Assembly (NCBI GenBank): GCA_948919095.1
Contig: CAQYCU010000001.1
Span: forward strand, 1-60,081
DNA: 60,081 nucleotides
Reading direction: 5' to 3'
Source: an uncultured Clostridia bacterium
GTDB taxonomy: Bacteria; Bacillota; Clostridia; TANB77; CAG-508
Shown: one piece after another, positions 20,371 to 32,056 of the stretch
Layout of the letters: the number at the start of each line of letters is the position of its first letter
Position numbering within the stretch: the first letter of the stretch is position 1
Position numbers and translations under genes: made by a program
Notes under the pieces: model-generated
Told to the model about the DNA's origin: nothing
Database searches by the model: none
Seen by the model: the letters and a program-made list of their open reading frames with translations, nothing else

Positions 20371-20445
20371 ATCAAAAAACAAAATGGTACTAACCCATCA
20401 AAAACAAAATGGTACTAACCCAACTTTGAGTTAGTACCATTTTTC
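20371..20445. repeat. 26/25-nt direct duplication overlapping a terminator hairpin
   Basis: ATCAAAAA(A)CAAAATGGTACTAACCC occurs twice (20371-20396, 20397-20421). Hairpin GGTACTAAC/GTTAGTACC (20411-20419/20430-20438) terminates ORF 20456-20644 on the minus strand. Confidence 0.75.
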
Positions 20446-20455
20446 ATCTTTTCTT

Positions 20456-20644
20456 TTATTTAGAATAAACCACTCTTTTTATTTCACTATTTATTATTAT
20501 CTTATTACCTATTGTAGTTCCATTGGAATCTACTATTTCTACAAAATACTCATTATTTTCTTTAATATCTAAAATCGTTGCTTTATTGTCATTCTTCAAT
20601 TCTACTACATCAAATCTCTTATATCTCATTTGTTCCCTCTCCAC
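20456..20644 (-). CDS. small hypothetical protein
   Basis: 62-aa ORF followed by a terminator. Confidence 0.4.
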   Translation of the reverse strand: MEREQMRYKRFDVVELKNDNKATILDIKENNEYFVEIVDSNGTTIGNKIIINSEIKRVVYSK

Positions 20645-20679
20645 TATTTACTTATATAACATTTTTTAAAATATTTCAA

Positions 20680-22309
20680 CTAATATAATGGTGTTCCATA
20701 TCCTAATATGACACCACTATTTATATCATAATCTTTTTGTTTACACATATCTCCGCTTGAATTACCCTCTATTGTATAAACTCTGCCATTTTGTGTCTTT
20801 TCTACAATACCAACGTGATCTGCTTGTCCATCATTGCTATCTGCCCAATCAAAAAATATGATATCTCCGTGCTTTTGGGGTATAGCCTTGTTCTTGCCAT
20901 AATCCACAAGTTTTAAACCAAGCAACTCCCTCACTTTCACAACCTGCAAATTTTGGAATAGTACCACTTTCTATATAACCACATTCGTTTGCACACCAAC
21001 TGACAAAACAAGCACACCATTCTACTCTTGAATTAAAACCATACCAAGACCAGTAAGGTTGACCTCCAACATTTCCAACTTGTGCTAAAGCAACCTTTAC
21101 AATATCACTACTTCCTGTTGATGTACCATATAAAACATAAGACCACATATAATTGTACTCATCTTTTTGTAATTCTGCTATTTGTTCTCTTTGTTTGCTA
21201 TTGAAATTATACTTTTGTATCATTTCATCAACTGATTTATTTTGAATATCTATATATAAAATTTTTTTTTTAACTTTTTCTTTTTTCATATTTCCTTTAT
21301 CATCTGTTGTTTCAATTTCTTTTTCTTGTGTTTCTACTTTTGATGTTATAATATTCATCTCCCAAAATATAGTTTTCAGTTTGTTAATTTTATTATCATC
21401 AAGAGTTACAACATCTGCCCTATCATCTCCATTGCTTACTAAAACTGTATAAACACATAGAATATCTTTCCATTCTGCCCTATTAGACTTTATTTCATAT
21501 TCATCGTGTTCGTTATTCTTTTGAATATCTGTAATTTTATTTGTAAATTCAATATTTATTTCACTTATTACAGAACTCATTGTTTTATCTCCTACACCAT
21601 CTTCACTTGAAAAAAATATTCCAAATATAGAACTACAAATGAGTGCTATTAAGCATATTAAAATTATTATAACAAAGGCTACCCACCCTCCTGCTATAAT
21701 TGCAGAAATAAGTGCTTTAGTTCCTGCAATTATTGCTTTAATTGTTGCAATAGTTGCTTTTACTGCCAATTTTATACCTTTAGCCGTTGCTTTTGCAGTA
21801 GCTTTCGCAATTTGATATGTTTTTTTTGCACCTTTTACAGTTGCTTTCGCAGTTTTTTTGCCTGTTTTATATGCCCCTTTTATAGTTTTCCCTGTTGTTT
21901 TATATGTTGCCTTTCCAGTTTGTTCTGCTTTTTTTATTGTTTTCTGTGATGTTTTAATATTTTGCCTTGCTGTCTTTTCAGCTTGTTTTATACTTCTATT
22001 TTGTATCTTTTGTTTTATTTTTTGACTACCATTTTTTATATTTTGTATTGTTTCTCTTGTTGCTTTTCTTCCATATCTGTCAAAATTATTTATAGCTTTA
22101 TCAGTTGCAATTCTTGTTTCTTTTGAAATTCTGTTTATACTGTAATTGTTAGGGTTTGTATCTTCATTTTCATTTGTATTGTTTCTTTCTTTTATGTTTA
22201 TCAAATTATCTTTTAATTTTGTTTTATAAATTGCTTTCCTGTCTATTTTCTTTATGGGTATTTCATTTTTTTCTTTTTGCTTTATTTTTATATCTGGCAC
22301 ATATAACAC
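20680..22309 (-). CDS. membrane-anchored CHAP/NlpC-P60 peptidoglycan hydrolase of the transfer apparatus; needs a +1 shift at CGG 20867-20869
   Basis: Lys/Ala-rich N-terminal repeats, a TM helix, then GGQPYWSWYG...WCACFVSWC. Junction ...GYTPKA|GDIIFFDWADSNDGQADHVGIV... restores the CHAP His region. Confidence 0.8.
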
Positions 22310-22312
22310 CTC

Positions 22313-23038
22313 CTACATACTTTTTCTTGCAACAACTACTAATCTTCCATTTTGATTTGAATATTCACAAGTTGATAATGTTATAAGTTTATCTCCATAT
22401 ACTGCTATTTCTTCTGTATCATAAAAAGAAAGCTCTTTACACTTATCTACAAATGTATTGAACTCTCTTTCATTTTCTGCATCATAAAATTTGTAATATT
22501 GAAAACCTGTATATGCAACTGTTTTAAATACTGCAATTATTTTATATTCTGCTTTTTTCTTCATTGTATAAAATTTTATGTTTTTGTGGTTATTGTAATA
22601 TTCTTTTGATTTATAATTTTCTAACTCTCCAAACATTTTATTTCCGTTTATGTGATGACCATATATTATTAAGTTATCACTATTTTCTATATTGCAATTT
22701 TCTGCTATATATGGTGTCCCTAAAATTGAATATTGCTTGTAAAAATTTCTTCTTAAATAATAATTTGGTCTTTCTTTTGTTTGCATTATTGGATAATCTA
22801 TATTAGTATTTTCTATTTTTATCCAACCTACAATATCATTGTTAATTTTATATAGTTCTTTCATATTTACTACATCTTCTTTTGTATCTTCTGCATTTTC
22901 TTTTGCAACATCTATTATTTCTTCAAATATTTCTTCTTGTTCATATTCTTCTTTTTTATCTTTAAAAATAAAAAAAATACTAATAAGCATTATGCCTATT
23001 AGTAATAACACAAATAATATTTTTATAATTTTCTTCAA
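22313..23038 (-). CDS. srtB: class B sortase
   Basis: 241 aa with an N-terminal TM helix, DIVGWIKIENTNIDYPIMQ, IIYGHH, LITLSTCEY and RLVVVARK. Confidence 0.8.
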   Translation of the reverse strand: MKKIIKILFVLLLIGIMLISIFFIFKDKKEEYEQEEIFEEIIDVAKENAEDTKEDVVNMKELYKINNDIVGWIKIENTNIDYPIMQTKERPNYYLRRNFYKQYSILGTPYIAENCNIENSDNLIIYGHHINGNKMFGELENYKSKEYYNNHKNIKFYTMKKKAEYKIIAVFKTVAYTGFQYYKFYDAENEREFNTFVDKCKELSFYDTEEIAVYGDKLITLSTCEYSNQNGRLVVVARKSM

Positions 23039-23085
23039 ACTTTATCACTTCCAATCACTAAAATGTTTTTTGTTTTATAAACGAC

Positions 23086-23115
23086 TAATGGCTAGTGATT
23101 TCTCACTAGCCATTA
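23086..23115 (-). terminator. hairpin between the MazF-fold gene and srtB
   Basis: Perfect 13-bp stem TAATGGCTAGTGA/TCACTAGCCATTA with a 4-nt loop. Confidence 0.5.
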
Positions 23116-23221
23116 AACATAGCAATTACTGAAACTTTCGTTTCAAACATAGCAATCTTTATTGATTACTTTTTATAATACTATGATACTATATTTTACT
23201 TCAAAAGTCAATTATTTATAC

Positions 23222-23947
23222 CTAAAATTCTTCACTAATTTTTTTAGATATTTCATTCATATATTCTCCGTCTATTCTTCCTATTGTCCCAGAAAAATTC
23301 AACCTTAATAAACTAACTTTTCTTATTCTTGTTATATTTGCCCATCTCATCATCTTTTTAAATCCACTTATATCATTTAATTGTACAATTTCCGTAATCT
23401 TATTTTTTCTTGCTTCGCATTCTTTTTCTGATATTTTACCATCTGCAAGTATTTTTTCTAATTTTTCATATTCTATTGGTTTTTTTGATGATACAGGTAG
23501 CACAAATAAATCTTTATCAAAATTCTTCAATATAACTGCTGGATGCATTCCTCCAAATTCATTTCCTATATTAAAGCCAAAATCTATCCAAACTACATTG
23601 CCTCTTTTTAGCACAGCTTTTTTTGTAATTAACATTGTATCTTCATAAGAAATATTAGTATTATTAAAAACATAATAATTTTTTTGACGAATATAGTTAT
23701 TATCAATTATCTGTTTTAAATTTTTATTTGCCTTTTTATAGCTAAATTCATCTATCTTGTACTTTGGCAATGTATATTTTACTATATTTTTATAAATATA
23801 ATTATCATCTTTTTCATTTTCTATTTTATCTGTTTTTGACTCTATCCACGAAAAATATAACTTACCTCGTTTTAAATCGTTCTCTGAAGTTAATAATTTT
23901 TTAAATTGTCTTAATTTCTTTAGACAACTTACATATACTTTTTTCAA
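23222..23947 (-). CDS. PemK/MazF-fold protein with an ~110-aa N-terminal extension
   Basis: The C-terminal half (KRGNVVWIDFGFNIGNEFGGMHPAVILKN...FVLPVSSKK...ITRIRKVSLLRL) follows the MazF/PemK pattern. The N-terminal part is unassigned. Confidence 0.6.
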   Translation of the reverse strand: MKKVYVSCLKKLRQFKKLLTSENDLKRGKLYFSWIESKTDKIENEKDDNYIYKNIVKYTLPKYKIDEFSYKKANKNLKQIIDNNYIRQKNYYVFNNTNISYEDTMLITKKAVLKRGNVVWIDFGFNIGNEFGGMHPAVILKNFDKDLFVLPVSSKKPIEYEKLEKILADGKISEKECEARKNKITEIVQLNDISGFKKMMRWANITRIRKVSLLRLNFSGTIGRIDGEYMNEISKKISEEF

Positions 23948-24025
23948 TTATATAGTTCTCCTTTTTTTTCTTTTTCTACAATTATACCACATATTTTGAT
24001 AAATTCCATATATAAATAATATTTT

Positions 24026-26372
24026 TTATAAAACTTCTTTCGGCTTCGTTGTCATTAGTTTATATAGTTCTGTGTTTTTTGGAAATTTATTTTCAAATGG
24101 CACTATTGAATTTCTTACTTTTATTAGTCCCGCTCCTATTCCAGAGTTTGTAATAAAATTCAATTCTGTATCTGGTATATGCAATAATTCGGCTAGTTTA
24201 TCTCTATCTGATGTTGATTGATTTAACATTATTATAAGTTCACTATTAGATAGCATCAATTTTGCTTTTTTATTTTCTATTATTTCCTCTATATTTTGCG
24301 TAATTCCAGTTGCACACCCTCCGTATTTTCTTATTCTTTTCCATAGTTTACTCATAAATAATGAAGTATATTGATGTTGGAATAACAAGTATATTTCATC
24401 TATGAAAATATATGTTGTTTTTCCTGCTTTCCTATTTTTTGAAATTCTATTGATGATATTGTCTAATATAACAAGCATTCCTACTGGCATTAGTTGCTCT
24501 CCCAAATCAATTATATCATAGCAAATTAGTCTATTGTTTACTTGCACATTAGTTGGTTTTGCAAAAGTGTTCAAACTTCCCTTTGTAAATAATTCTATTG
24601 ATAATGCTATATCTTTTGCTTGTCTTTCATCTTGTTTTAATAACACTTGTCTAAAATCTTCAAGTGTTGGTGCTACTCCTTGATAATTTCTATCTTTATA
24701 ATCTGCATATACTTCTTTTACACACCTATCTATCAATGTTTTATGACCACTTATTTCTGTATCATTTCCCATTATTTGCTCACATAAAGATAATACAAAC
24801 TCTGCCTTGTCTTTTGTTGGGTCTTTTCCCTCGCCATAGTTTTGATTTATGTCTAAAGCATTTATATGATTATTGCTATTTGCTGATATTTTAATTACCT
24901 CTCCACCTAAATTTTGAATAAGTGATTTGTATTCCGCTTCTGGATCAATAATAATTATATCTGCATCTTTATCTTTTAATGCTATTTCTGTTATTTCTTG
25001 TTTAGCAGTAAAACTTTTTCCACTACCGACTTACACCCAAAATAAAAGAGTTACCATTTAGCAACTCGTGTCTATTTATTAGTATCATATTTTTTGAAAT
25101 AACATTTTTTCCATAGTAAATTCCGTGTGTATCTTGTACCTCTTGTACTTTCATTGGCATAAATACAGATAAACTCTCGGTTGTTAATGTTCTTGTTACT
25201 TCTATCTTTTTTACACCATAAGGCATTACTGTATTTAGTCCATCTAATTGTTGGTACTTTAATTCTCCTAACTGACATAGATGTTTTCCTGCTATGCTCT
25301 TTAATGTTTCTGTGTCATTGTCAAGTTCTTCTTTTGTATCTGCAGTATGCACAATAGTTATTGTTGCTAGAAACATTTTCTGGTCGCGTGTTACTAGGTC
25401 ATCCAAAAACTCTTTGCTTTCTTCTCTTTGTTTTTGTAACTCGTATGGTATTTCTGCTGAAAAGTTATTGTTTTCATTTTGACTTTTTTGCCACCTTGCA
25501 ATATTAGTTTCTACACCCATTCTTTTATTCTCTGCCATTTTTATTGCTTCTTCCATTGGAACTGGTTTCATATCTATACTTAACATCATATTTTTATTTA
25601 ATTCTGTTAGTTCTGATATAATATCATCTCTAATAAAGTTTGCAAACTCTTTTATAAATAATACTCTACCATATCTATTACCCATTTTGAAATAATCTGT
25701 TTTAAATTCAAAAGTGTCTGGACAAATATAATCTTTAAAACTATGTCCTTTTTGCATTGTTGCTTTCATATCAAAACTATACAAATCTTCTTCGCCACTT
25801 CTAAAGAAATCATAAAATATTCTTAATCTTTCCTTTATATCTAATTCTGTTAGTTTTGAATCAAGTTTTGCAAACGAATTTCCTAGTTCTGTTTCTGTCC
25901 TATTAAAATAATTATTTGCATCTTCAAGGTGTTTCTTATCAATAGTAATAGTTAAAAACTTATCTTGTATAATACCTTGTGCTTCTGTTGAGTTATGCAA
26001 TAACATATCATTGATTTCTTTTCTATATTTTGTTAGTTTATCATTTCCTACTGGTATTTTTACTTTATTTTCAAAGTCAATTTTATTCAATTTTCTATTG
26101 ATTATTGTTATTTTGGGAAAACACGCATAATCAAGTAAATTTAATATGCTTCCATATCCTAAAAACATTCTTTCTTGTTCTTCTCGCCCTGCTACCATAT
26201 AGTTTAGATCTTTAAATCTAAATGTTTTTGAATATTTATTCCACCCAACTTGAAATGTTCCATCTTCGTATATTTTCTTTATTGGTATTGCTTGTTGCAC
26301 ACTTCTTGGTACTTTGTTGCTTTCCTTTTCTTTTTTTATTTTTAGCATTTCTAATATTTTTTGTAGTTTCAC
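24026..26372 (-). CDS. virB4: VirB4-family conjugative ATPase; needs a +1 shift at CGG 25026-25028
   Basis: The junction restores Walker A ...FILGVS|GSGKSFTAKQEITEIALKDKDADIIIIDPE... The 24773-25022 stretch is open in the frame of ORF 24026-24772. Confidence 0.85.
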
Positions 26373-26727
26373 TTTTCATTTCCTCCTTTTCAATTCTCTT
26401 ATACTCTGGTTTTAAAAGTTCATAATACATATTTTCTGGTTTGAATAATAATACTTTTGGCATTAAAATTTCTGATTTTATAAAGGCTATTATAAATTTT
26501 TCTGCTGTCATTCCATTGTATTTAACAAATCCTAATACAGCAAATGGAACAGCACCTAATATACATACCCACGATAGAGTTTCTAACCCCATATAGTTTC
26601 TTAACAAGAAATACAATAATACTGCTACTCCACAAGCAAGTAGAGAAAATATAAATTGCCTCATAGATAGTCCAAAAAATATTGATTCTTTATATTCTCT
26701 TATCTCTTTGTTTATTTTTATTTCCAT
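26236..26727 (-). CDS. TcpE/PrgI-like small membrane protein
   Basis: 163 aa. FFGLSMRQFIFSLLACGVAVLLYF plus a second TM helix. The 3' end overlaps the virB4 ORF by 137 nt. Confidence 0.6.
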   Translation of the reverse strand: MEIKINKEIREYKESIFFGLSMRQFIFSLLACGVAVLLYFLLRNYMGLETLSWVCILGAVPFAVLGFVKYNGMTAEKFIIAFIKSEILMPKVLLFKPENMYYELLKPEYKRIEKEEMKSETTKNIRNAKNKKRKGKQQSTKKCATSNTNKENIRRWNISSWVE

Positions 26728-26730
26728 TTG

Positions 26731-27600
26731 CTATCTTGCCCCCTTTATTCTTGCCATTTGTTGTTCTAATGATGCTACTTGTCTATTAAATTCATCATTT
26801 ACACCTTTAAATATATCTCGCATATATTCGTGTATTTTTGTGCTACTTCTTTTATTTGTTGTAACTCTGTATGAATAATTACCAGTTGCAAAATCATAAT
26901 CTACTAACCTATTATTTATAAAGCCTTGTGTTGCAAGTGGAATTTTTATTCCATATCGTTTTGCTAAATATAAAAAGCAATTTTGAGTTGTTAGTCCGTT
27001 TTCATAGTTATTGTTTTTATAATATTCTAAATCTTGTGATTCCACATTTTTGTTATATCTAATTTGTGTTTTTATCTTTTCAACATCACTTTCAAATTTG
27101 TTATTAACTTTCTCAACTTTTGCTTTCTGTTCATCTTCTATTCTTTTTTTATTTGCTTCGCTTTCTTGTCTATTTTTTTGTATTATTGTTTCTCTACATA
27201 CTTTTGCTTTTTCATAAATTTCTGGATAGTATATTGAAACATACTTTAATTCACACATATTAAAATATCTACCATTTTCAACTTTCTTATAAAAAAAATC
27301 TTTTAAATTTATTTTAGATAATTTCTCCATAACATTTCTGCAATAAACTGTACTTTCAACAAGAGTTTGGTCTAAAACTGCATTTATAAAATGTTCAAAT
27401 TCTATTCCTGCAATATTCATTTTCCAATATTCATTGTTTTTATCTTTTATTAGCATTTCTTGAAATCTCTCATCTCGTTCTGTCTTTAATACTGCAAATT
27501 CTTGACCTTGATAATCAACTTTTGAAACAATTTTATTTGCTTTTATTAGTTTATTATCTTCAATAATCCATACTTTCTCTATATTATCTCGTACTACCAT
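26731..27600 (-). CDS. conjugation-module hypothetical protein
   Basis: 289-aa ORF, tightly packed in the operon. Confidence 0.45.
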   Translation of the reverse strand: MVVRDNIEKVWIIEDNKLIKANKIVSKVDYQGQEFAVLKTERDERFQEMLIKDKNNEYWKMNIAGIEFEHFINAVLDQTLVESTVYCRNVMEKLSKINLKDFFYKKVENGRYFNMCELKYVSIYYPEIYEKAKVCRETIIQKNRQESEANKKRIEDEQKAKVEKVNNKFESDVEKIKTQIRYNKNVESQDLEYYKNNNYENGLTTQNCFLYLAKRYGIKIPLATQGFINNRLVDYDFATGNYSYRVTTNKRSSTKIHEYMRDIFKGVNDEFNRQVASLEQQMARIKGAR

Positions 27601-27612
27601 AACTACTCCTTT

Positions 27613-27990
27613 CTATCTTTCTTTATCTTTCTTCTTTTCATTAGTTTCTTTAATATTATCTAATTTCTTTTTTGTTGCTTCATATTCTGCTTCTGTTAAA
27701 TAACTATACAATTTCAAAAAATTGTCTTTACTTAATTCAACAAAATCCCTCATTTTCTCTTTATCATCAATAAAATCTAAATTTTTTTCATCTTTTTTTA
27801 TTTTTGAATATAATACTTCTTTTGGTGCAATTTCTTCTAATTGTATCATTCCATATTTACTTTTAGAAATTTTACATATATCATCTAATTCTAAATAGCC
27901 TAATAATGCATTTAAACTTTCTAATAAAGCATCTTCATTGCTATAATATGGTCCTCCACCATCTCCACCGTGATAAATAACTTCTTGCAA
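27613..27990 (-). CDS. hypothetical protein
   Basis: 125-aa ORF. Confidence 0.4.
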   Translation of the reverse strand: MQEVIYHGGDGGGPYYSNEDALLESLNALLGYLELDDICKISKSKYGMIQLEEIAPKEVLYSKIKKDEKNLDFIDDKEKMRDFVELSKDNFLKLYSYLTEAEYEATKKKLDNIKETNEKKKDKER

Positions 27991-28055
27991 AACTCTATCA
28001 AGATATTTAATTGTCTGTCTTTTATTTATACTACTGTTTTTAATTATTTTTCCTC

Positions 28056-28895
28056 CTATAATCCCATCATTTCTCTTACAACTCTGTCGCTCATTTTAAC
28101 TGTTCCAACTAATACAAGCATATTAAACACCAATTCTCCTACATAACTCCATACTTGATTTACTGCTTGTGCATTCGTGTCAACTACTGGTGGAGAACTT
28201 GCAAATTGTGAAAAGATTATACAAGCAAGTATTATAATTGCTCCCTCTAAACATACTGCACAAAAACTTTTTATAAAACTTTTTCCTATTTGTTGACTAG
28301 GCTCTCCTGCAAATGTTGAGAGTGGTATAGGTGCTAGTGCTGTATAAAGATATATTTTGAAAAATCTACCATAGACAGAAAGTATCATTACAAATGATAA
28401 AACTGTTACTAATAGTCCTCCGTATAAGTGTAACTGCCCAAAGTGGTATGCTTTCAAAAAATCCACAACTTTCTATTGCTGTTATCATTTCTTGTGGTAA
28501 AACAGATTGTGTTGCTCCTCCTATTCCTGCTGTTGACATTATTGTTTGTACTATTCCTTGTGTTATTTTAAATACTGCTAACATTAGTTCTAATCCATAA
28601 GTTACTACAGTTTTTGTTAAGATAAATCTTATAAACAATTTCAAAACTTGCTCTGGCTTTTTTACTTCTGCAAAACTGCCGACAAGTTTTTACTATTCCA
28701 AATAAAAAGAACAGTACAAGTAATGCTAAACCTATTGCTTGTATTGCTCCATTTATATTAACAATTACATTCCATATTGTACCGACCTTTAAAAGTTTCT
28801 GGTGTTTGTGTTATTAGATTCCATATTTCACTTAATTTTCCATTCCAAGTATCCAAAGCATTTTGTAAATTTCCTACTACCCAGTTATCTGACAA
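28056..28895 (-). CDS. VirB6/TrbL-like polytopic membrane protein; needs +1 shifts at CGG 28782-28784, 28679-28681 and 28420-28422
   Basis: TTG start at 28895, 9 nt after AGGAGG. Junctions: ETFKG|GTIWNVIV, VKTC|GSFAEVKKPEQVLKLFIRF, WAVTLI|GGLLVTVLSF. The restored product is continuously hydrophobic with multiple TM helices. Confidence 0.7.
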
Positions 28896-29638
28896 TTTTT
28901 CTCGCCTCCTATTCTTTGTATAGCAATATTATAGTAGTCTTTGTCTATTTCAAATCCTATATAATTTCTATTAGTTCTAATACAAGCTAGTGCTGTACTA
29001 CCACTTCCTATACAATTATCTAATACTAAATCTTGTTTATCTGAATATGTCTTTATTAAATATTCTAATAGTTCTATTGGTTTTTCTGTTGGATGCCTAC
29101 TGTGTGCAGGATGGCTTTTTTGAAATCTTAAAATACTAACAGGGTATTTCTCTATACAACCTTTTCTCAAATCATTTTCTACTTTAAACTCTCCATAATT
29201 ATTATTAGTAATTTTCTTATTACAATAGTTTTTTCCTTTGCTATGCAGTGGTTTTCCTATTGAAAATTGGGGGTTATATTTAGGTTGATGTTTATAAAAT
29301 ACTGCTATTTGCTCGTGTTGTCTTAAAGGTTGTTTGTTCGCATTTAAAAAACCTGTTGTTAAGATTTTGTCCCATACCAAATCATAATGGAATAACTTTC
29401 TATTACTATTTATCAAATCTATATAAAATTTTCCTTGTGCAAATAATAAAATACACCCATTATCTTTTATAATTCTTTCATACTCTTTCCATAATTTATC
29501 TAATGGTAATTTTTCGTCTTTTTCATTATTTGTTATTCCGTATGGTAAATCTGCCACTATTAAATCAATAGAATTATCTTCAATTTCTTGCATTCCTTCA
29601 AAACAATCTTTATTGTAAATTCTATTTATTTCTAACAT
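28877..29638 (-). CDS. orphan DNA methyltransferase (N6-A or N4-C, beta-type motif order)
   Basis: VADLPYG (DPPY-like motif IV) comes before VLDNCIGSGSTALA (motif I). I placed the start at MLEINRIYNKDC, preceded by GAGGAGG. The track ORF extends to 29698. Confidence 0.8.
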   Translation of the reverse strand: MLEINRIYNKDCFEGMQEIEDNSIDLIVADLPYGITNNEKDEKLPLDKLWKEYERIIKDNGCILLFAQGKFYIDLINSNRKLFHYDLVWDKILTTGFLNANKQPLRQHEQIAVFYKHQPKYNPQFSIGKPLHSKGKNYCNKKITNNNYGEFKVENDLRKGCIEKYPVSILRFQKSHPAHSRHPTEKPIELLEYLIKTYSDKQDLVLDNCIGSGSTALACIRTNRNYIGFEIDKDYYNIAIQRIGGEKNCQITG

Positions 29639-29690
29639 TCTTGCCTCCTCATAAAATAATTTAAGGACAAGTATTAAAACTTGTCCCCTT

Positions 29691-30037
29691 TTATCCACCT
29701 GTAATTAAATCTAATATTTCTTTTGCAAATGTTATTATTACTCCTCCGTGCTAAAGTCATAAAACCGATTTGCTCTTTGTGATGGATCGTGGCTCTTTAA
29801 CGCTAAACCTATTTGCACAATTCCCCAACCTAGAAGTATCATTCCTATTGCTCTAATTATTCCAAATATAAATGTTGATAGATTATTTATAACACTTAAT
29901 GGGTCATCTGCTCCAAAAACAGTTGTACTTTGTGTTACAAATAATACAATTATTGTTATTCCAATAAAACTTAATTTTTTAATATTTTTTGTTATCAATT
30001 TCTTATTGATTATTTTCTTTTTCTCTTTCATTTTCAT
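29691..30037 (-). CDS. Maff2/VirB2-like small membrane (pilin-like) protein; needs +1 shifts at CGG 29765-29767 and 29746-29748
   Basis: Signal/TM helix and ...SHDPSQRAN|GFMTLA|GGVIITFAKEILDLITGG-stop at 29691-29693. The second TM helix exists only after both shifts. Hairpin GGACAAGT/ACTTGTCC follows. Confidence 0.65.
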
Positions 30038-31857
30038 ATTCCTCCATTAAATAATAATTTTCTATATCTTCTTCTGACAAAAGTTCTGTTGTAACTTTTT
30101 CTGTCTGTTTTATCTCTTGAATATCTTTTATTTTTTCTGTATTTATTTCATCTGGTTTTAATTGTGATATGCTAACATTTGCCCTTTGTGATGTTCCGTG
30201 TTCATATACTTTTGCTTGTCCGTCTGTTGTGCCTTTTACATTTGGGTGTTTTAGAATATCATATTTTCTATCCACTACTGGCTTTTCTCCTCTAATCATT
30301 AAAATTGCTTTATCATTATCTAACATTCTAATTTCATCTTGTGTTAATAGTTCTCTACCTGCAAGTTGATAATTAGTTGAATAACTACCACTATGCCCTG
30401 TACTTTTTCCGATATGTGTTAGTATCAATTGTTTCTTTTCCGTAGTAATTCTGATATATACTTATAACTTGATTGTTCGTTTCCTCCTAAATATAAAAGC
30501 TCATCACAGTTACCAACTATTGATTCCCAACTTTTTTCAAACAAGGCTTTTAATTGTGATAGGTTTTGTATTATTATTGAAACTGATATATTCCTTGAAC
30601 GCATTGTTGAAAGTATTTTTTCAAAATCATTTGGCAGGGCAACATTGGCAAACTCATCCATTACAAAATGCACAGGTATTGGCAATGCTCCTCCGTGTTC
30701 ATAGTCTGCTTTATAATAAAGCACTTGAAATATTTGTGTATATAACATACTTACAAGAAAATTAAAATCCGTATTGTTGTCTGGAATAATAGCAAATAAT
30801 GCCATTTTTTCCTCTCCTAGTTTATCTAATTCAAGTTCATCTGTTTTTGTTATTCCCTCTATTGTGTCAAGATTAAATTTCTCAAGTTTTGAAGCAAGTG
30901 TAACAATTATTGATTTTAATGTCTTTCCTGCTCCGACTATGATAATCTTTGTAATATTTAACTGCTATATGATTTGGATTTTTGTGTTCTAATCTTTTAA
31001 ATAAAATATCAAGAGGACTTTCATAGTCCTCCTCATCTTCTTTTGGTTTTCCTGCTCTCATCATTTCCGAAGCCATTGGAAAGTTTTGCTCATCTTCTGG
31101 AGCTTCATATTTCAAATAATAAAATAATGATGATAGAAGCATAGATGCAGAAATGTCCCAGAATGGATCTTGTGCTTGACTACCTTTTGGTGTTGTACTT
31201 TTAAAAAGATTTCCTACTAATTTTTGAATATCATTATCATCTTTTATATATACAAATGGATTATAACAATGACTTTTTTCTGTATTAACCAAATCTAAAA
31301 CTCTTATTTTATAGCCTTTTTCTTTTAACAAATTTCCCGTATCTCTTAAAATCTCGCCGTTTTGGGTCAAGTATTACATAAGAGCAATTACATTGCATTA
31401 CATTAGGTTTAGCATAAAATCTTGTTTTTCCTGCACCACTACCACCAATTACTAAAACATTCAAATTTCTTCTGTGTTTTCTTGCATTTAAACCTAGCAG
31501 AACATTTTGTGTTAGTATTTTGTTCTGGCTCTTTGGTAATTGCATATACTTTTTGTTTATTTGTTTTGCATTGCCCCATATTGCAGAGCCATATTCTTTA
31601 CCTCTCCTATAATTTCTTCTACTAGACATATAAATTCCTATACCTAGTAAATATACAAATAAAAAAATAAGAACAGTTTTTAAGCTATTCTCACAAAATT
31701 CTATTTCAAATGGTGTATTCATTTTTTGAGGTAAAGTATTTATGATTTCCACTAATCCACCATTTATATTTGGTGCTATTAGTAGGGATAACCATATTAC
31801 TGCAATTCCTCCTAAACAAGCTAAAACAATGTCTGCTGTTTTATCATTATCGTTCAC
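30003..31857 (-). CDS. virD4: VirD4/TraG-family type IV coupling protein; needs +1 shifts at CGG 31357-31359, 30933-30935, 30440-30442 and 30409-30411
   Basis: Four track ORFs join as VILDPK|GEILRDTGN, KDYHS|GAGKTLKSII, ISELL|GKETIDTNTY|GKSTGHSG. Two N-terminal TM helices and Walker A VIGGSGAGKT. The frame arithmetic of all fragments fits successive +1 steps. Confidence 0.85.
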
Positions 31858-32050
31858 ACATTTCCCTTTCTTTTTTGAATTTAAACTTACATTTTTTCTT
31901 TGTTGGGGCTTTTATTACTTTTGTTAATATTTCAGTTATATACTCTGGATTTTGCTTTTCTTTTATCATATTATTTCTTTTTTCGTTTATAAGAGTTATA
32001 ACTGTATTAAATTCGTATTGGTCTAATTCTACTACTCTTTCATTTCCCAT
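31847..32050 (-). CDS. small hypothetical protein
   Basis: 67-aa ORF overlapping the virD4 start by 11 nt. Confidence 0.35.
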   Translation of the reverse strand: MGNERVVELDQYEFNTVITLINEKRNNMIKEKQNPEYITEILTKVIKAPTKKKCKFKFKKEREMCER

Positions 32051-32056
32051 TTTATT

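Noticed and set aside
25072-25278. Same-strand alternative-frame ORFs inside virB4 (25072-25278) and the primase gene (36634-36819), and minus-strand ORF 7234-7509 opposite the Spo0A-like gene.
   Set aside because: No SD and no recognisable family. Each is fully explained as a chance open frame inside a supported gene.
26236-26372. The 137-nt overlap between the TcpE-like ORF and virB4 as a further recoding site.
   Set aside because: There is no CGG or other recurrent signal here. The tail of the TcpE-like ORF looks like run-on into the virB4 frame. The true virB4 start or TcpE stop simply cannot be fixed by eye.
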